Notes: a model not told the origin generated them from the letters alone. Positions 49,701 through 62,350 are shown, numbered from the stretch's first letter. The stretch is DNA of 64,000 nucleotides from Setoptus koraiensis (GCA_048013815.1 CM106585.1:7626001-7690000), one strand, 5' to 3'. Program-made: numbers and translations.

Positions 49701-50072
49701 CCCCCCAATGGCGTGCCCGTGTGATGGCTTGATTACGACGGTTTCATGTCCAGACACATGACAATGCGAGGGGACATGCGAGGGGACGCACGGCAATAGA
49801 AAGCGGAATGTTTGCCAATGGCTGAGTTTGTGGTGTGGGCTGGCTACAGTAGGCAGCCTAGTGTAGGCAGTGCCATTGTGTGGTACCAGCATACGCCGCA
49901 TTAGTGGCATGGAAATGATAATAAAATAAAAATAAGGACAACACACTACGGCATAGTGACTGGCTGTGTACAATGCAATATGGGATGTAGTGAAAAATAA
50001 AATGAAATAAAATGTTCGTCAGCGCAACGGCCAGCCTGCAACGCTCCACTGTCGCCCCCCCTGAAATTGTGT

Positions 50073-50114
<42 letters not shown>

Positions 50115-50407
50115 AAAAGAGCGTGCAAAACAAGTGAATATTCGCAACGTTCCATGTGAATACACTAACCACAGCGCGTTGAGCGAATTGCTCTGGTGCG
50201 AGCATTGCCCATGCAATAAATTCGATGTTCGCACTGCTATCCAGTGAAATTCACTTGTGAGTGAATAGTATTCACAGCGCACACACACACACACGCACGC
50301 TGAGAGTCTTCAAGTTAGAGACACACACATTCTCGTAAACAAGATTTGCGTTTCGCTGTTGCAAGCTGCTTTGTGCGCCACACACACACACGCACTCGCT
50401 CACTTTC

Positions 50408-50623
50408 GATCAGTCGATTTCATTTGTTAATAACAGAATTGAAGAAGCAATCGAATATTCATTTGGCAACCTCATTACCGAAGCAATCGAACGACAATTA
50501 GTAATTACCCATTGGCACCAATTAATAAACGGCAAACAAACACTTCAGACAAACGAACAATATTTCCCAGCGACTCAAGCGAAATCGAATCAGCGAAATC
50601 GAACCAGCGAAAGCCTCTAACAG
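50408..50623 (+). promoter_or_regulatory. Candidate non-coding first exon (TCAGTC initiator-like start, strong donor)
   Basis: TCAGTC at ~50408 resembles the arthropod Inr. AACAG|GTAAGT lies at 50623/50624. The next + strand CDS is the 4-TM gene at 52192. Confidence 0.4.
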
Positions 50624-52191
50624 GTAAGTTGTATTTTAATCGAATTTTGTGTTCGCGTTAGGCGAAAGTTCCTCTCTGCCGACACAAATCGCAATTGCGT
50701 TTGTTGCATTCGTGTCACATGCAAACGGCACAAATAACATAATATAAAAAATATATTCATTTGTAGCCAGCACATTCAAACTCAGCAACTCGTCGCAATG
50801 AGAGAGCGTCAAAAGAAGCGTCCCCACCCAACAAGTTCGTCGCGAGCTGCTCGCGAACGCAACACATGCCATTGTTAGAGCGAACTCCATTAGAAACCAT
50901 GATGGTGCACTGTTTATAGAATTGGTCCCACAAGCCAGCCACAAATGCCATCACTGTGTCGTCCGATGGCGAGCCAATGCTCATGCAGTAACAATGGAAA
51001 GCGAATTGTTTTCTTGGTGGCCTTGTGAACTATATTTGCTGCCACTAGCCACCAAACGAACACACGAAAAGCGCCAACAAATAATACACCGATCTCATCC
51101 ACCACTGCGACAACAACAACAACAACAACAACCACACTACAAACTGGCAACAACGCTGCAAACTGGCAACACACTCGAACGGAACGAAAGCATCCAACAT
51201 CGTGCACTAACCAACTAACTGCCGCTCACGCATGTTGTTGCAACCACCAACAGTTAGCGCTTTCTCGCAACCACCAATCGAGTAGAGGTAGGCCCTAAAC
51301 GAGCTTGCACCTCTCACTCTCAGGTGAACAATATTATCGCACAGCAGCCTAGCAACGCTTGAATCTCTCTCACGCGCCTTTGTTGAGCTTCCTCGCACAA
51401 CGCTTGTTCTTTTTGCATTGTTGTTAGGTAGCTGTTGCTATATATTTTTGCCAGTGTGCTGCTGTTGCCATCAAAACATGTTACAACAACCATTCCGGTA
51501 TTAGTGCCCTAACCACCAGTGATAAATGATGAGAACGAAGGCTGAGAGTAAAACATCATCATAGTTAAATTGTGATGTATGTATTTACCATCTCTAACCA
51601 TCATGAGCGCCATAAGAAGTCGCCAACGATGTATTAACGACGCTAACATGTCGTTTTTGTTGTTGTTGTTGTTATTGGCTTCCTATCAAATCACCGACCA
51701 ACTTGTGCCAACTGCTTGCTACTAGTCCGCTTAAACCTCATGTATATACCCCGTATACATTTACACCTCCATGAAACAAACTGGCTCGCTATATTGTTTG
51801 CACAAAAACTTAATCTTGATCGTGTGATCTATGCAAATACATCGCTTCTTCTCTTACTTGTGTTGTAACTAAATATCTTTTGATGAGCATCAGTCATCGG
51901 CTTTCACACTTATTGTGCCAGCCACGTTCTTCTTACACAACTAAAGATCGAGTTTGCTCGTTTTCGATCCTCCCTCACCGCCAGAAAAAAGGGAACTCTG
52001 TCTATCGCAACACTTATTGCAACAACTATTTTTAGATACACATGAACTCAAATGTATTTTAACGCATTTTTTTCCTGAATTTTCTCTTCACTCCATTAAT
52101 ATATTAAATCACAAATAACAGAGCCTACATTATCATCAAATTCAGCTAGTTACTATTATTCTAACTAACAAATTCTACATAAACTCCAAAC

Positions 52192-52779
52192 ATGGGTCAT
52201 CACTGTAACTCCTATGGTTTCGTCGGAGGCTTTGCCGCCATATTCTCAGGAATTGCCTGGTTTCTGGTACAAGATCGCGCTTGTAAAATCAACATTTCAA
52301 ATGCTCTTTCAGACACCTTTAGTAAGTTACTTAGTACCAAATCAGTACCCTCTCCATTTACGCTTGCTACAAAGCTATGAAGAAAGTTTCTCTAATCAAT
52401 TCATTATTTCCATTTTGAAACGTCAACAGACACAGATCATTTGCAAATGTTTCATTACATTGCAATCATTGTTGGTACTGTTCTCTTTGTACTAAGTTTC
52501 TTTGACTTCGCAGGCATCTTATACGAAGTAGCCATACTATTTTACGTTGCCGTTCTAGCTGTACTTGCCGTCGGTTTATCAATGTTCTATGCCACATGGA
52601 TGTCATTTAACATGTCATGTAAGAGCGCAATCAACAACTTTTTAGATACAAGCAGTCTACTTGGGAGGAAGAATGTCATTGAGGCCCAAGATGAAGTAGG
52701 TATTGCGATAACAGTTTTGGATCTACTTGCTGCCTGTCTTCTACTATCTGCAGCCATCAGTTTTGGAAGAAGATATTGA
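52192..52779 (+). CDS. Small orphan four-transmembrane protein; 2 exons, ~159 aa
   Basis: Exon 1 is 52192-52321 with donor A|GTAAGT, phase 1. The acceptor CAG is at 52427-52429; an in-phase alternative lies 6 nt downstream. Exon 2 is 52430-52779 and joins ORF 52441-52779. Four hydrophobic segments, one Cys in each of the two putative outer loops, C-terminus GRRY. Confidence 0.7.
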
Positions 52780-55454
52780 ATATTCTTGGACGCCGTAATA
52801 CCATATTATCTCGCACCATAATTCTTGCGAATGACACAAAGTATCATGACACGTTTCTAGAAATATCTCGTTCGACACAGTTAAACCTTAAATGCGACCT
52901 CAGAATAAATCAAAATCACATTTAATCAACAGATCCAACAGGATTTACCTCGCCAAATTTGATAATGGATTATCTCTACAGAATAGAAAGAGCCCTTTTG
53001 ATCATCCTCAATTCGAGTTTTTCAACTAGCAAGTGGCATTTTTCTAATTGTAAAAAACTACAGCAGACAATTTAATCTGCTACAATATAATTAAAACGGT
53101 CAATTGATTTGAGTGCGGCACTCACTGTTTGACATTCTAATTGATTAAACTAGCGAACAAAAGGCCAGATGTTACTCAATACGTATTTAAGGCGCATTGT
53201 ATGATTTATTGTGTGTACTATTTTGAGAGATATTGTAATGATATAATTTCAGACTATTAAAACAAGATTACTGATTGAGTGGTCGTGCAGACTATAATTT
53301 TTTGCTGTTTATACAACTAGCAGAATTAGCCTAAACTAGATATGTAGCACCTGTTTCAAATCTAACTCGAACTGGAGTGAGTGTCAAGAATTCTAACAAA
53401 GAATCAATTGTTTCTAGAAGTTGTGAGCAATCCAATTATTACGATCGGAAAAACTGGTATATTACTTGAGGCAACAAGTTCAATGAGATAGTAATCGCCG
53501 CCGGGTCTTGCTTAGAGATCAGAAAGGGCACACCCTTATGGGATCGTTAAGAATTCACTGATTCATTTTATTAGATTTAGATTCAATAATACATGTGGAC
53601 AGGTGATTTCTCTGTAGATGTTCTACAATAAATTGTGTGATTTAATACAGTTTGTTGGCATATATGCTGATCTTGAATGCTCCTTATTTCAGTCATCGAG
53701 TTCTTCAAGTCTTGTAGGGCAATAGTTCATGGACGTGGACAGAATGATAAACAGATAAAATAAAAATGAATATATAACAGGCTTTAAATGGACTGAGGCA
53801 GTCGATTTGTGCTTCGGCTAGAAATTGCTTCCATTTATCCGTGGTGCCCATGTTGGTGCACATAAACTGGGAAGTGGTAGTCTTTGCCGATCAATGCGCC
53901 CAATATTAAGCCTTTGATGAATTTTTTGCCCAATACTGTATTGCTGATGTACAGCATCAGCATTACTACCATGAGGGCTATTCTTATGAAGAGCTTGTGA
54001 TGCATTTTTGTTGGATTTCTCTTAATATGAATAACAATTACTGCACTCGCTGAATATGAGGGGCGATCTTCTGATGTAATGTCGTTATTGATTGCTTCAC
54101 TATAGATTGTTTCTAGATGGATAGTTTATAAAGTTCTCTTTTGCATCACTCGTCCACTGTCTAACCATTATATACCCTCCGTCGATTTTTCACGAAACCT
54201 TTTTTCTCTCGGGTAACTGACAGGTTGGTAAAAGATAGACAGTCAGGGAGAGAGAGAGAGAGAGAGGGAGAGAGAAAAATTTTCGGATAGAAGGAATGTA
54301 TCACCCTGTACCAATTGTAACACAAATATAATTATGAGAATATAATTATGAGAATTATTAGGTGTTAACATAATCATAACAATTAAGAAATTGATATTTC
54401 TTTTATTTTTTTGATTTTTTCAGTGTGCAACATCCAAACATAAGTTCAGTGAACTCTCTAATTAACTCGCCGTATCTTTGTCACTATCCTATCGCTAGAC
54501 ATATTGTGCAAGATTGTTTTGTGTTAGTTGCATCAATGGCACTGTTGTATCAATTGATCAAGTAGTGGCAAGTTGTAGCGAGTGTTGATTGTTCAGTTCT
54601 CATTATAACACCTTGTATAGTGACAACTAGGGCCATTGTTTTGAGTTAGGCGTAAAAAAGATCTTGCATTTTTTATCGTCGACATAATTTCTATGAAAAA
54701 ACATTCCAAGAGTTCTGTCTTGATTGCCAGAACTATCAATACCATAGACCAGAGGGAGATATTACCCCAGAAGATGTCAAGGCCTGTGAAATGAGAATGA
54801 GATTTTCAAACTTTGTTTTGTATCGTATTTAAAGTCAAGGGAGTTTAACGCTCGATGGCGAACGATAAATTCCATCAACTGTTAAACTGTTTCATCTGAG
54901 AGTCCAACGACGACGACAGAACAGTAGATGGAAGTGTCATGAGGGTCCATATGAAGCCTGCATTAAACAGCATTGACGTAATGATGCCGCTATTGATAAT
55001 GCAGCAAACACTAGCAACATCAGTTATTAGCTACGAGCAAGATTTTGATAAAACAAATCTGATTGTTGCAAGCGTTGTTATGGCGACAGTCCGCTTCATC
55101 GCTATATTCTCCGTGGGGAGAGATCCTTCTGAAGATAGCTAGCCTTATGATTGGTATACAGGCTAAGATTCAACGTGGTGGCCTTAAAACGATAATTCTA
55201 ATATGTCATAGATTCTGGCCCAATATTGAATCATGTGCTGCTATAACACCCCAAGCCTAGATGGTAATGCGATGACGCCATAATTCTTATCTAAAAGATG
55301 ATCGCTAACATTCCAGGCAACGCATTCATTAAAAAAGTTTTGAACGGTTCTCAAAAATGTTATTACTCATTTGGATTACTAATTATTCAGATGTTGACTA
55401 TTAAGTAAACGCAAGTGTGTAGTGCAATGTTCTGTTAGATTAACCCAGACAACT

Positions 55455-56513
55455 ATGGTATACATAAATCATATTGAGACCACATTGGCTAGTTCGTGCT
55501 TAATTTTATTAGGCACTCTGATAGTATTAAAGGACATTCAACAGGTATTGGCTTCCTGTGAGGATTCTGAAGCAATAAAGCCATGTAGTTGCAATGAGGA
55601 AGGCCTATTATGCATGAACGTGGAAGATTCTGATCTGCTGAGAGTATTTAGAGTGCCCACAGAGAGAGCTGTCATTAGAAGTGTTTGGCTATATCAAAAT
55701 AAATTCACTAAATTGGTCAAAGAAAACTTTGGCGATTACGTTATGGCCAATATATATTTAGATGTTAATAAAATAAGCTCAATCGCACCTGGTGCCTTTG
55801 GTAAAGCCTCGAGTACGTTGAAGGATGTGAGTTTATCGCGCAATCATCTAACTACTTTCCCCTGGGCCGATTTGAAATCAATGAGCAAACTAAAAAGATT
55901 TAGTTTGAGTCACAACAAAATTCAAGATATACCAGAAAAAGCGTTTGCTCAATGTAGTAAGATCGAGATGCTTGATTTGGGATCAAATGAAATTCAAAAC
56001 ATAGGAGCCCATGCTTTCGAAGCTCTCGAATCTGTCCAACTGATTGATTTATCTGTTAATAAATTGAATCATCTGCCTTCAAACTCAATGAAAATTCTTT
56101 CAAGAAATCCGCACGAAGTATCTATATTGTTGCGTAACAATTCAATATCCAGCGTTGCAATTGATGCCTTCTCTGATGGAAATGGTCCGGGTTTTATAGA
56201 TCTATCGAATAATAGACTAACTTACTTAGACGAAGTGCCTTTTCATAACTTGATCACTGGCAACACAAAACTGAATGTGGATAACAATCCTTTTGATTGC
56301 CGTGGCTGCCAACTCTACAAGTGGATGGTGAATCTCGACCACAAACAAAAGAGTAATATTCAAAATTTTAGGTGCCCTGACGGAACAGATTTAAGAAATC
56401 TTACCCTCAAGAAAATCGGTTGCAGAGAAGAAACTAACCTGAATACTAACTATAGGCTGGAAACTATTCTTATGTCTAAAGTTAGCCAAAAACCTATTGT
56501 TCGGATTGAGTAG
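55455..56513 (+). CDS. Secreted leucine-rich-repeat protein (LRRNT, about 8 LRRs, LRRCT), ~352 aa
   Basis: First ATG is at 55455. A hydrophobic signal segment precedes the LRRNT CEDSEAIKPCSC. Repeats follow LxxLxLxxNxI (e.g. LKRFSLSHNKIQDIP, IEMLDLGSNEIQNIG). The LRRCT is NPFDCRGC...W...FRCPDG. No TM segment. Confidence 0.88.
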   Translation: MVYINHIETTLASSCLILLGTLIVLKDIQQVLASCEDSEAIKPCSCNEEGLLCMNVEDSDLLRVFRVPTERAVIRSVWLYQNKFTKLVKENFGDYVMANIYLDVNKISSIAPGAFGKASSTLKDVSLSRNHLTTFPWADLKSMSKLKRFSLSHNKIQDIPEKAFAQCSKIEMLDLGSNEIQNIGAHAFEALESVQLIDLSVNKLNHLPSNSMKILSRNPHEVSILLRNNSISSVAIDAFSDGNGPGFIDLSNNRLTYLDEVPFHNLITGNTKLNVDNNPFDCRGCQLYKWMVNLDHKQKSNIQNFRCPDGTDLRNLTLKKIGCREETNLNTNYRLETILMSKVSQKPIVRIE

Positions 56514-57622
56514 ATCCCCGATCAATTGTACTGTAAATTAAACACTTCTTTTCGGTGCGCACCGTTTAGTTACTTTGTAATTAATTTATCGCTTTGTCTA
56601 CGACAGAAATGTGGCTCTGACTGATATTATAAATGTCAGAATTTGCGATCCAGACTCAGATTTTCATTTTATACTGTTTTACATGTTACAGTTACCGGAT
56701 CTTTATAAACAAGCTTTCTGTAGTTGTGGGCGAAGACGGTTTACGGATTAGCGACAAACAGAGTCTTTCTGTACTAATGGAGCTAAGATAAATAGATAAA
56801 AAGAACAGAATACGAAGAATTCTCGCATCATTTTATTGAATGCAGATTTGAGTTATCTGGATGTTTTTTTTTTCAGAACCCAGACTCATCTTATCAAATC
56901 TTGAAGAGAATAATATGTCACTGATAACAATTTGTTGTTAGCATTTGTTGTTAGTGTAAAATAGCACCCATGAATATTGTATGCCCTACTGGACTGGAAT
57001 GTGAACGATAACGGTTTAATCTAAAATGACTGGCTCAATAGACGGAAGATCACTAACAGTTGCGTCAGTCCAAAACAGTTATTGCGACTCAAGCTGGTAT
57101 AGTGACACTCATACAAGATCAAGAGGAATGGCATAATAACTTCGAACGTCATCAAGTTTGATGGCTATGTCCGTGGATATTCATTGATTTTATTGAAACT
57201 CTGCGCTAACAATTCTTCATCTTACGTGTACTTGATATCAACAGTTGTCACGTTATATTATTTATCTTAGTCACTGAAGAAGCTACGCTCAGACAGGAAG
57301 GCGTCTGTATCAATCTCAGGACACATACCGCCGTTGGAGGGCAAGAATGGTTCGAGCTTAATAGAGAACAGGTGCTAGCATGGGGACCGGAGAATTCCAA
57401 ACCTGTTTTCCCTTCTTTTCTCTTCCTCACCAAGAATGGGCGAAAATACGTCTCATACCTCTTCAGCGGTTTTCCAAACATTGTGCTAGGTGCTTCATTG
57501 TTGGATAATTCATTTCATGCCCATCGCGTCTTTGTTTAGGATTTGATCTTCATCGTTTACGTCATCCATTTGACATATCTCAGGATGCAAGAATAGTAGC
57601 TCATATATCAATATGTTTGCTC

Positions 57623-59329
57623 TCATTCCTTAATTGATTTTTTATTTGTAATTAAATCTAAAGCATTTTTCGCGCCTACAATAGAACTTAACTGAAGTAG
57701 ATCAAATCTTGAGAAGAGTAATGTGCTGCTCAGAAGTTTCTCCTCGTCGTGGTACCGCTTGCCTTGCATCTCTAGACTCAACATATTATTTAATTCACTG
57801 TAGAACTTTGCAAATAAAGGAGTCTCGTAGAATATTATATGTCTGACTCCCTTGAATTTGTAACGATGATAGTAATGGCACCTTTCGGTGTAAAGAAGAA
57901 AATGTCTAGCTCCGTGATAGAATAGATTACGAGCTTTGGCTACTTTGCCTTCTTCGCTGTATTCGCAAACTTGTGTGAAACTAATATTGTTGTTACGAAA
58001 ATGGTTCCTAAGACGAACGTAATCGAAATAAGAGCTGCAACAAATCAAAGTTTGTTTCATATGTTCTTCTGTGAACTCAGGCAAAATTTCTTCGATGAAA
58101 AATTTGAATCTTTCATCAGCCAACTCAGATGGAGTGGTCGCTTCAAAGAAAATGAACTGTTGTCTACATTCAGTGAGTATATCCATGACTGCAGGACGCC
58201 CAATTTTGTCCTTCCAAACGATAGATCCTTCGTAGTTCGAAGAATGTTTTTGAAAAAGGCCGTAAATTAACGGCGCAGATATTGAGCTGAAGACCATCAA
58301 TTGCCGGTAGAATTTGTAAAATCCATCTAATGCCCACATTCTAATTCTAAACATATCTGCAGTTAGTTGCTTCGATCTTTTGTTTGGACTTAAATTCAAA
58401 TGTTGCAATATATCTAGTACATGCTCCCAATTCTGCATCAAAAACATGTCGGTTTGATCCAGAATGACGAGCTCGATAGATGACAGGAAATCATGATCGC
58501 TCTTTGTCGGATTCTCAGCGGCTACGACCGTTTTGAGACCCAATGGCGAGGCTAATATAATATCACTATTATAAAATTCGGTGTATAATAAAAGATTTTT
58601 CTTAGTCAATTTCATGCCGACTTTGAAGGCATCATCTGAGTTCCCGTGGAATGTCTCGTAGTAGTCCCTTGGCTTACTTAGATTCTTCGGTAATATTAGA
58701 GACCCATCTTCATTGGTGCCGTCGCATCCATCATCATCCCTAAATTCTTTTTCAAGCTTATCCATTTTTGATATAGCAAATTTCTCCTCCAGCATAGAGG
58801 TCAATTTACGGGCAATTCTTAAGGCAACATTCCTAGTAGGTGCCAGAAAAAGTATCTTCGGTCTAGTGAATCCTTGATCTCTTGTATCCTCCGGCACCTC
58901 GGTATACTTATGTTCCTCATAAATTTTATTGTTTTTTATTATTCTGGATCTAGCTCTCATCAAATGTGTTAAGGCATGCAAACAATAAACAGTGCGTATA
59001 TCTTCAGAGTTGGAGAACGTCTGGCGAGTGAATAGTATATCTTTGTAACTTTTAATGATACTGTATAGTTCAGTCTGGAAGTTGTTCAAATTGAATTTGG
59101 TTGGGTTTTCATGTTTGTTTAAACGATCTAGCAATTTTCTGTTAGACTTCTTATTCTCTTTGATATCTGGAACACGCAAAAAGAATTCTCCTAACTCAGG
59201 CCAACGGTTGTTGGAAACAACTAATGGTTTTTTCATGGACTGCTGCTGCAAGATATCCTCCAGAGTCTTGGCTGATTCCTGTTCGAGGCATGGCTCAAAA
59301 TGTTGATCTGATTCGCTTTCCCAAGACAT
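57623..59329 (-). CDS. UTP25: U3 snoRNA-associated protein 25 (UTP25/DIEXF), intronless, 568 aa
   Basis: RDQGFTRPKILFLAPTR, FHGNSDDAFKVG, FYNSDIILASPLGL, DFLSSIELVILDQ, QNWEHV, LLYTERCHYYHRY and GVRHIIFY. An in-frame TAA lies three codons upstream of the ATG. Confidence 0.93.
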   Translation of the reverse strand: MSWESESDQHFEPCLEQESAKTLEDILQQQSMKKPLVVSNNRWPELGEFFLRVPDIKENKKSNRKLLDRLNKHENPTKFNLNNFQTELYSIIKSYKDILFTRQTFSNSEDIRTVYCLHALTHLMRARSRIIKNNKIYEEHKYTEVPEDTRDQGFTRPKILFLAPTRNVALRIARKLTSMLEEKFAISKMDKLEKEFRDDDGCDGTNEDGSLILPKNLSKPRDYYETFHGNSDDAFKVGMKLTKKNLLLYTEFYNSDIILASPLGLKTVVAAENPTKSDHDFLSSIELVILDQTDMFLMQNWEHVLDILQHLNLSPNKRSKQLTADMFRIRMWALDGFYKFYRQLMVFSSISAPLIYGLFQKHSSNYEGSIVWKDKIGRPAVMDILTECRQQFIFFEATTPSELADERFKFFIEEILPEFTEEHMKQTLICCSSYFDYVRLRNHFRNNNISFTQVCEYSEEGKVAKARNLFYHGARHFLLYTERCHYYHRYKFKGVRHIIFYETPLFAKFYSELNNMLSLEMQGKRYHDEEKLLSSTLLFSRFDLLQLSSIVGAKNALDLITNKKSIKE

Positions 59330-59645
59330 ATTGGGTTAATTGTCTGAATAGTGCGATGCTTCAGATAAAAAAAACTGGGTTGTTTCAGTATATGGATAGA
59401 CAAGTGAAAGCCGTCGACTTGCCAGCTGCAAGAGCACGTGGTCGAAAATACATGTGCACTCACAACTGTTCAACCTGCAGGACAGTGCAATAAACTGCAG
59501 GACTGCGACCTCGTGTTTATGAAAAAGAAAAATATGCTCGGATGCACATGATGAGGAGATATCTTTTTTTCTCTTAAATCAATGTTGTCTTATAATAGGT
59601 AATCATCTTTAAGCTTGGAATTAAACTATGAATAACTACATCTAA
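59330..59645. promoter_or_regulatory. Probable bidirectional promoter shared by UTP25 and ELAC2
   Basis: Only 316 bp separate the two divergent ATGs. No specific motif was identified. Confidence 0.6.
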
Positions 59646-62217
59646 ATGAGGCTCTTGTCATATCTACGTGCTAGCATTTTACCACATAGGAACGCCAAAC
59701 TTCGAACACTTTCCATCATGCCGATGGACAGGCCATCCGTCCAGGCGACGCGCAATCAAAGATTATCAAAAGCCAAAGCAAGGAATAAAGACCTTGCTGA
59801 CAATAAATTCTTCTATTTTCAAATTCTTGGAAACGCATCGAGAGGAAATCCAGGAACGGTCATGGTATCGTCTGAAAATCAAAGCTATCTATTCAATTGT
59901 TCGGAAGGATTACAGAGGCTGGCATGTGAAAATAAATTCATCAAGCTAGCGAAAGTTCAAAACATATTTGTAACCAGTTTAGATTGGGCACAAATAAGCG
60001 GCGTTTTTGGTCTCAGTCTAACTCTACATGAAATGGGTCTACCTGAATTGTGTCTACATGGCCCAAAAGGTATAGGCAGTTTATTCACATCCATTGCTGG
60101 ATTTGTAGATCAATCTCAAGCCAGCATCACAAGTTGGAGTCTCACAACAAGGACACCAGACCAAGGAGACTTCAGTGATTCTGTACTCAAAGTGAAATAT
60201 GTTCAAATACAGCCATCTTCGAATAGTCAAGACAACTTAGTGAATCAATACAAACGACTAAAAACTGACAAAATATCACTAGCATACATTTGCAGAGCAC
60301 CAGATACAGTTGGAACTTTAGATATAGCCAAATGCAAGCAACTCAAAATTCCTATCGGTCCTAAGTTGGGTATGCTAAAAAGTGGTCGAGATATCACTCT
60401 TGATGACGGTAGGCTTATCAAATCGACGGACGTTGTTGAAAAAACAAAACCAGGTGAGTTGACTATTCTCGTAAGGTGAATTTTGAATGATAACTCGCAT
60501 TATGGACTAATGAAGAAAAAATTCTAATCTAATTTCAGGCCCCCTATTCCTGGTGCTCGAATGTCCAAGCATATCCTACATCGACTCATTAGTGAGCAAC
60601 CTTGATATTGAAGAGGCTGCTTCCTTGAGAAATTCAGACACTACCGGAGAAGTTTCTTTCATCATACATTATTGTCCCAACGATGTTTTGCAAGATCAAA
60701 GATATATTTCCTGGATGAAAAAATTCCCGTCTGATTGTAAGCATATCGCTATGAACAATTCAAATAGTTCGGTCAATTTTTTGGCCTTACATCGCATGCA
60801 AACACAGTTAAATATTCTTGACCCACAGATATTTCCGAGGCTAGCAGAGGATCTCAACGCTGAATCCGAGAATATATCTCCTCCAGATAATTCAAACTTC
60901 GTGATTCGACCCAAAAATCTAGACAGACATAGAGTAAAGCCGTCAGCTGACCTTGAACCTAGCAATATTATTCTAGACAGAAACTTATATCGAGAGGAGG
61001 CCTTTGCGATAAGAGATTTCAACGAAAATCTCGAGAGTCTACACAAGTTACATGAGAAGATGAAAGTTGATTGTAACCAAAGTGGGGAACCTGAATTGGT
61101 ATTTTTCGGTACAGGTTCATCTATGCCTAGCAAATATCGAAATTGCAGCTGCATATATCTCAGAATGAGCGGTGAAGATTCCATGTTGATGGATTGCGGC
61201 GAGGGATCTTTCGGACAGATGTTTCGCTTTTTTGGAAATACAATCGGTGACGTGTTGAGCACCTTGAGATTAGTTTTTATAAGCCATTACCATGCTGACC
61301 ACCATCTTGGTTTAATCGAAATTATGAGACAAAAAAGGATGTATACTGACGAGCCGCTGTTGATTGTTGGACCTCCACAGATAAAGGCTTGGCTGGAACA
61401 TTTCTGTCGAACTTTCGAGGATTTGAGTGCTTATTATAGATTCTATCTCTCTCACGTATTTGAAAGTATTGATCAAACTAGAACAACATCTAAAAAGTTG
61501 CTGGATTATTCCTTGAAAAATAAAGACAGGTGGGTAGCTCCATTATCTCCCCAAGCCATAGATCCGGGAGTAGCTCAGGAATCACTATCAAAGCGAGAGT
61601 TCTTGGATCGTTTATCAATTTTGGACGACATTCAGTTGATAAAGGTTAGACACTGTTCGAATTCTTACGCGATATTTTTCCGTGTTAAATTACCCACGGG
61701 TGACACCTATTCCTTGGCCTATTCTGGAGATGCCATGCCGAGTAATGAATTCATAGCTAGAGCTCAAGGCTGTGACTTGTTGATCCATGAGGCAACATTA
61801 TCAGATGATTTAGACTCAGATGCTCGAATGAAGCGTCATAGCACATTTTCTCAAGCGATCGATGTGGGCAAGCGAATGGGTGCAAAATTCATACTATTGA
61901 CACATTTCAGCCAACGGTACGCTAAGATTCCAATATTCACAGAGAAGTTTGATGCCAATGTTGGATTTACATTTGACAACATGAGGTTAAGATTGCCGAG
62001 CGATCTGAAACGCATACCCATGCTAAAGTCCGCATTGAATACACTGTTCTGTGAAGAGGTTGCAGCTTTGCAAGATAGGGGGGAAAGGACAAAGATGAAA
62101 CAAGAACTTATCTCCAAGTATTTAGAAGAGCATCAGAGTACAAGCAAGCTTAATGCCAAAGAAGTGTCGCAAAGAATTCAAGAGGATATAGAGGGTAGCC
62201 TATCTAATAAAATCTGA
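59646..62217 (+). CDS. ELAC2: Long-form tRNase Z (RNase Z/ELAC2); 2 exons, ~828 aa
   Basis: Exon 1 is 59646-60453 with donor CAG|GTGAGT, phase 1. The intron is 60454-60538 and ends TTTCAG. Exon 2 is 60539-62217 (PG-PLFLVLECP). Motifs: YLFNCSEGLQR, FFGTGSSMPSKYRN, MDCGEG, SHYHADHHLG (HxHxDH), YSGD, LIHEAT, HST and THFSQRY. Confidence 0.96.
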
Positions 62218-62350
62218 AAACTATGAATGTGCACAAATTTATATAGTCATGCTAATGTTGTCATCTTCCGGTTTTTTATTTACATTGGAACTTAATTAAT
62301 TAAAAATATACAGTTAAGTAGACATGCTTATGCATTGCGATAGTTCTTGT

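Noticed and set aside
54660-55260. Short ORFs upstream of the LRR gene
   Set aside because: They are under 70 aa, frames are inconsistent, and there are no motifs.
57248-57620. Protein-like minus-strand frame behind UTP25
   Set aside because: It has multiple stops and no recognisable family, so I cannot call it a pseudogene.
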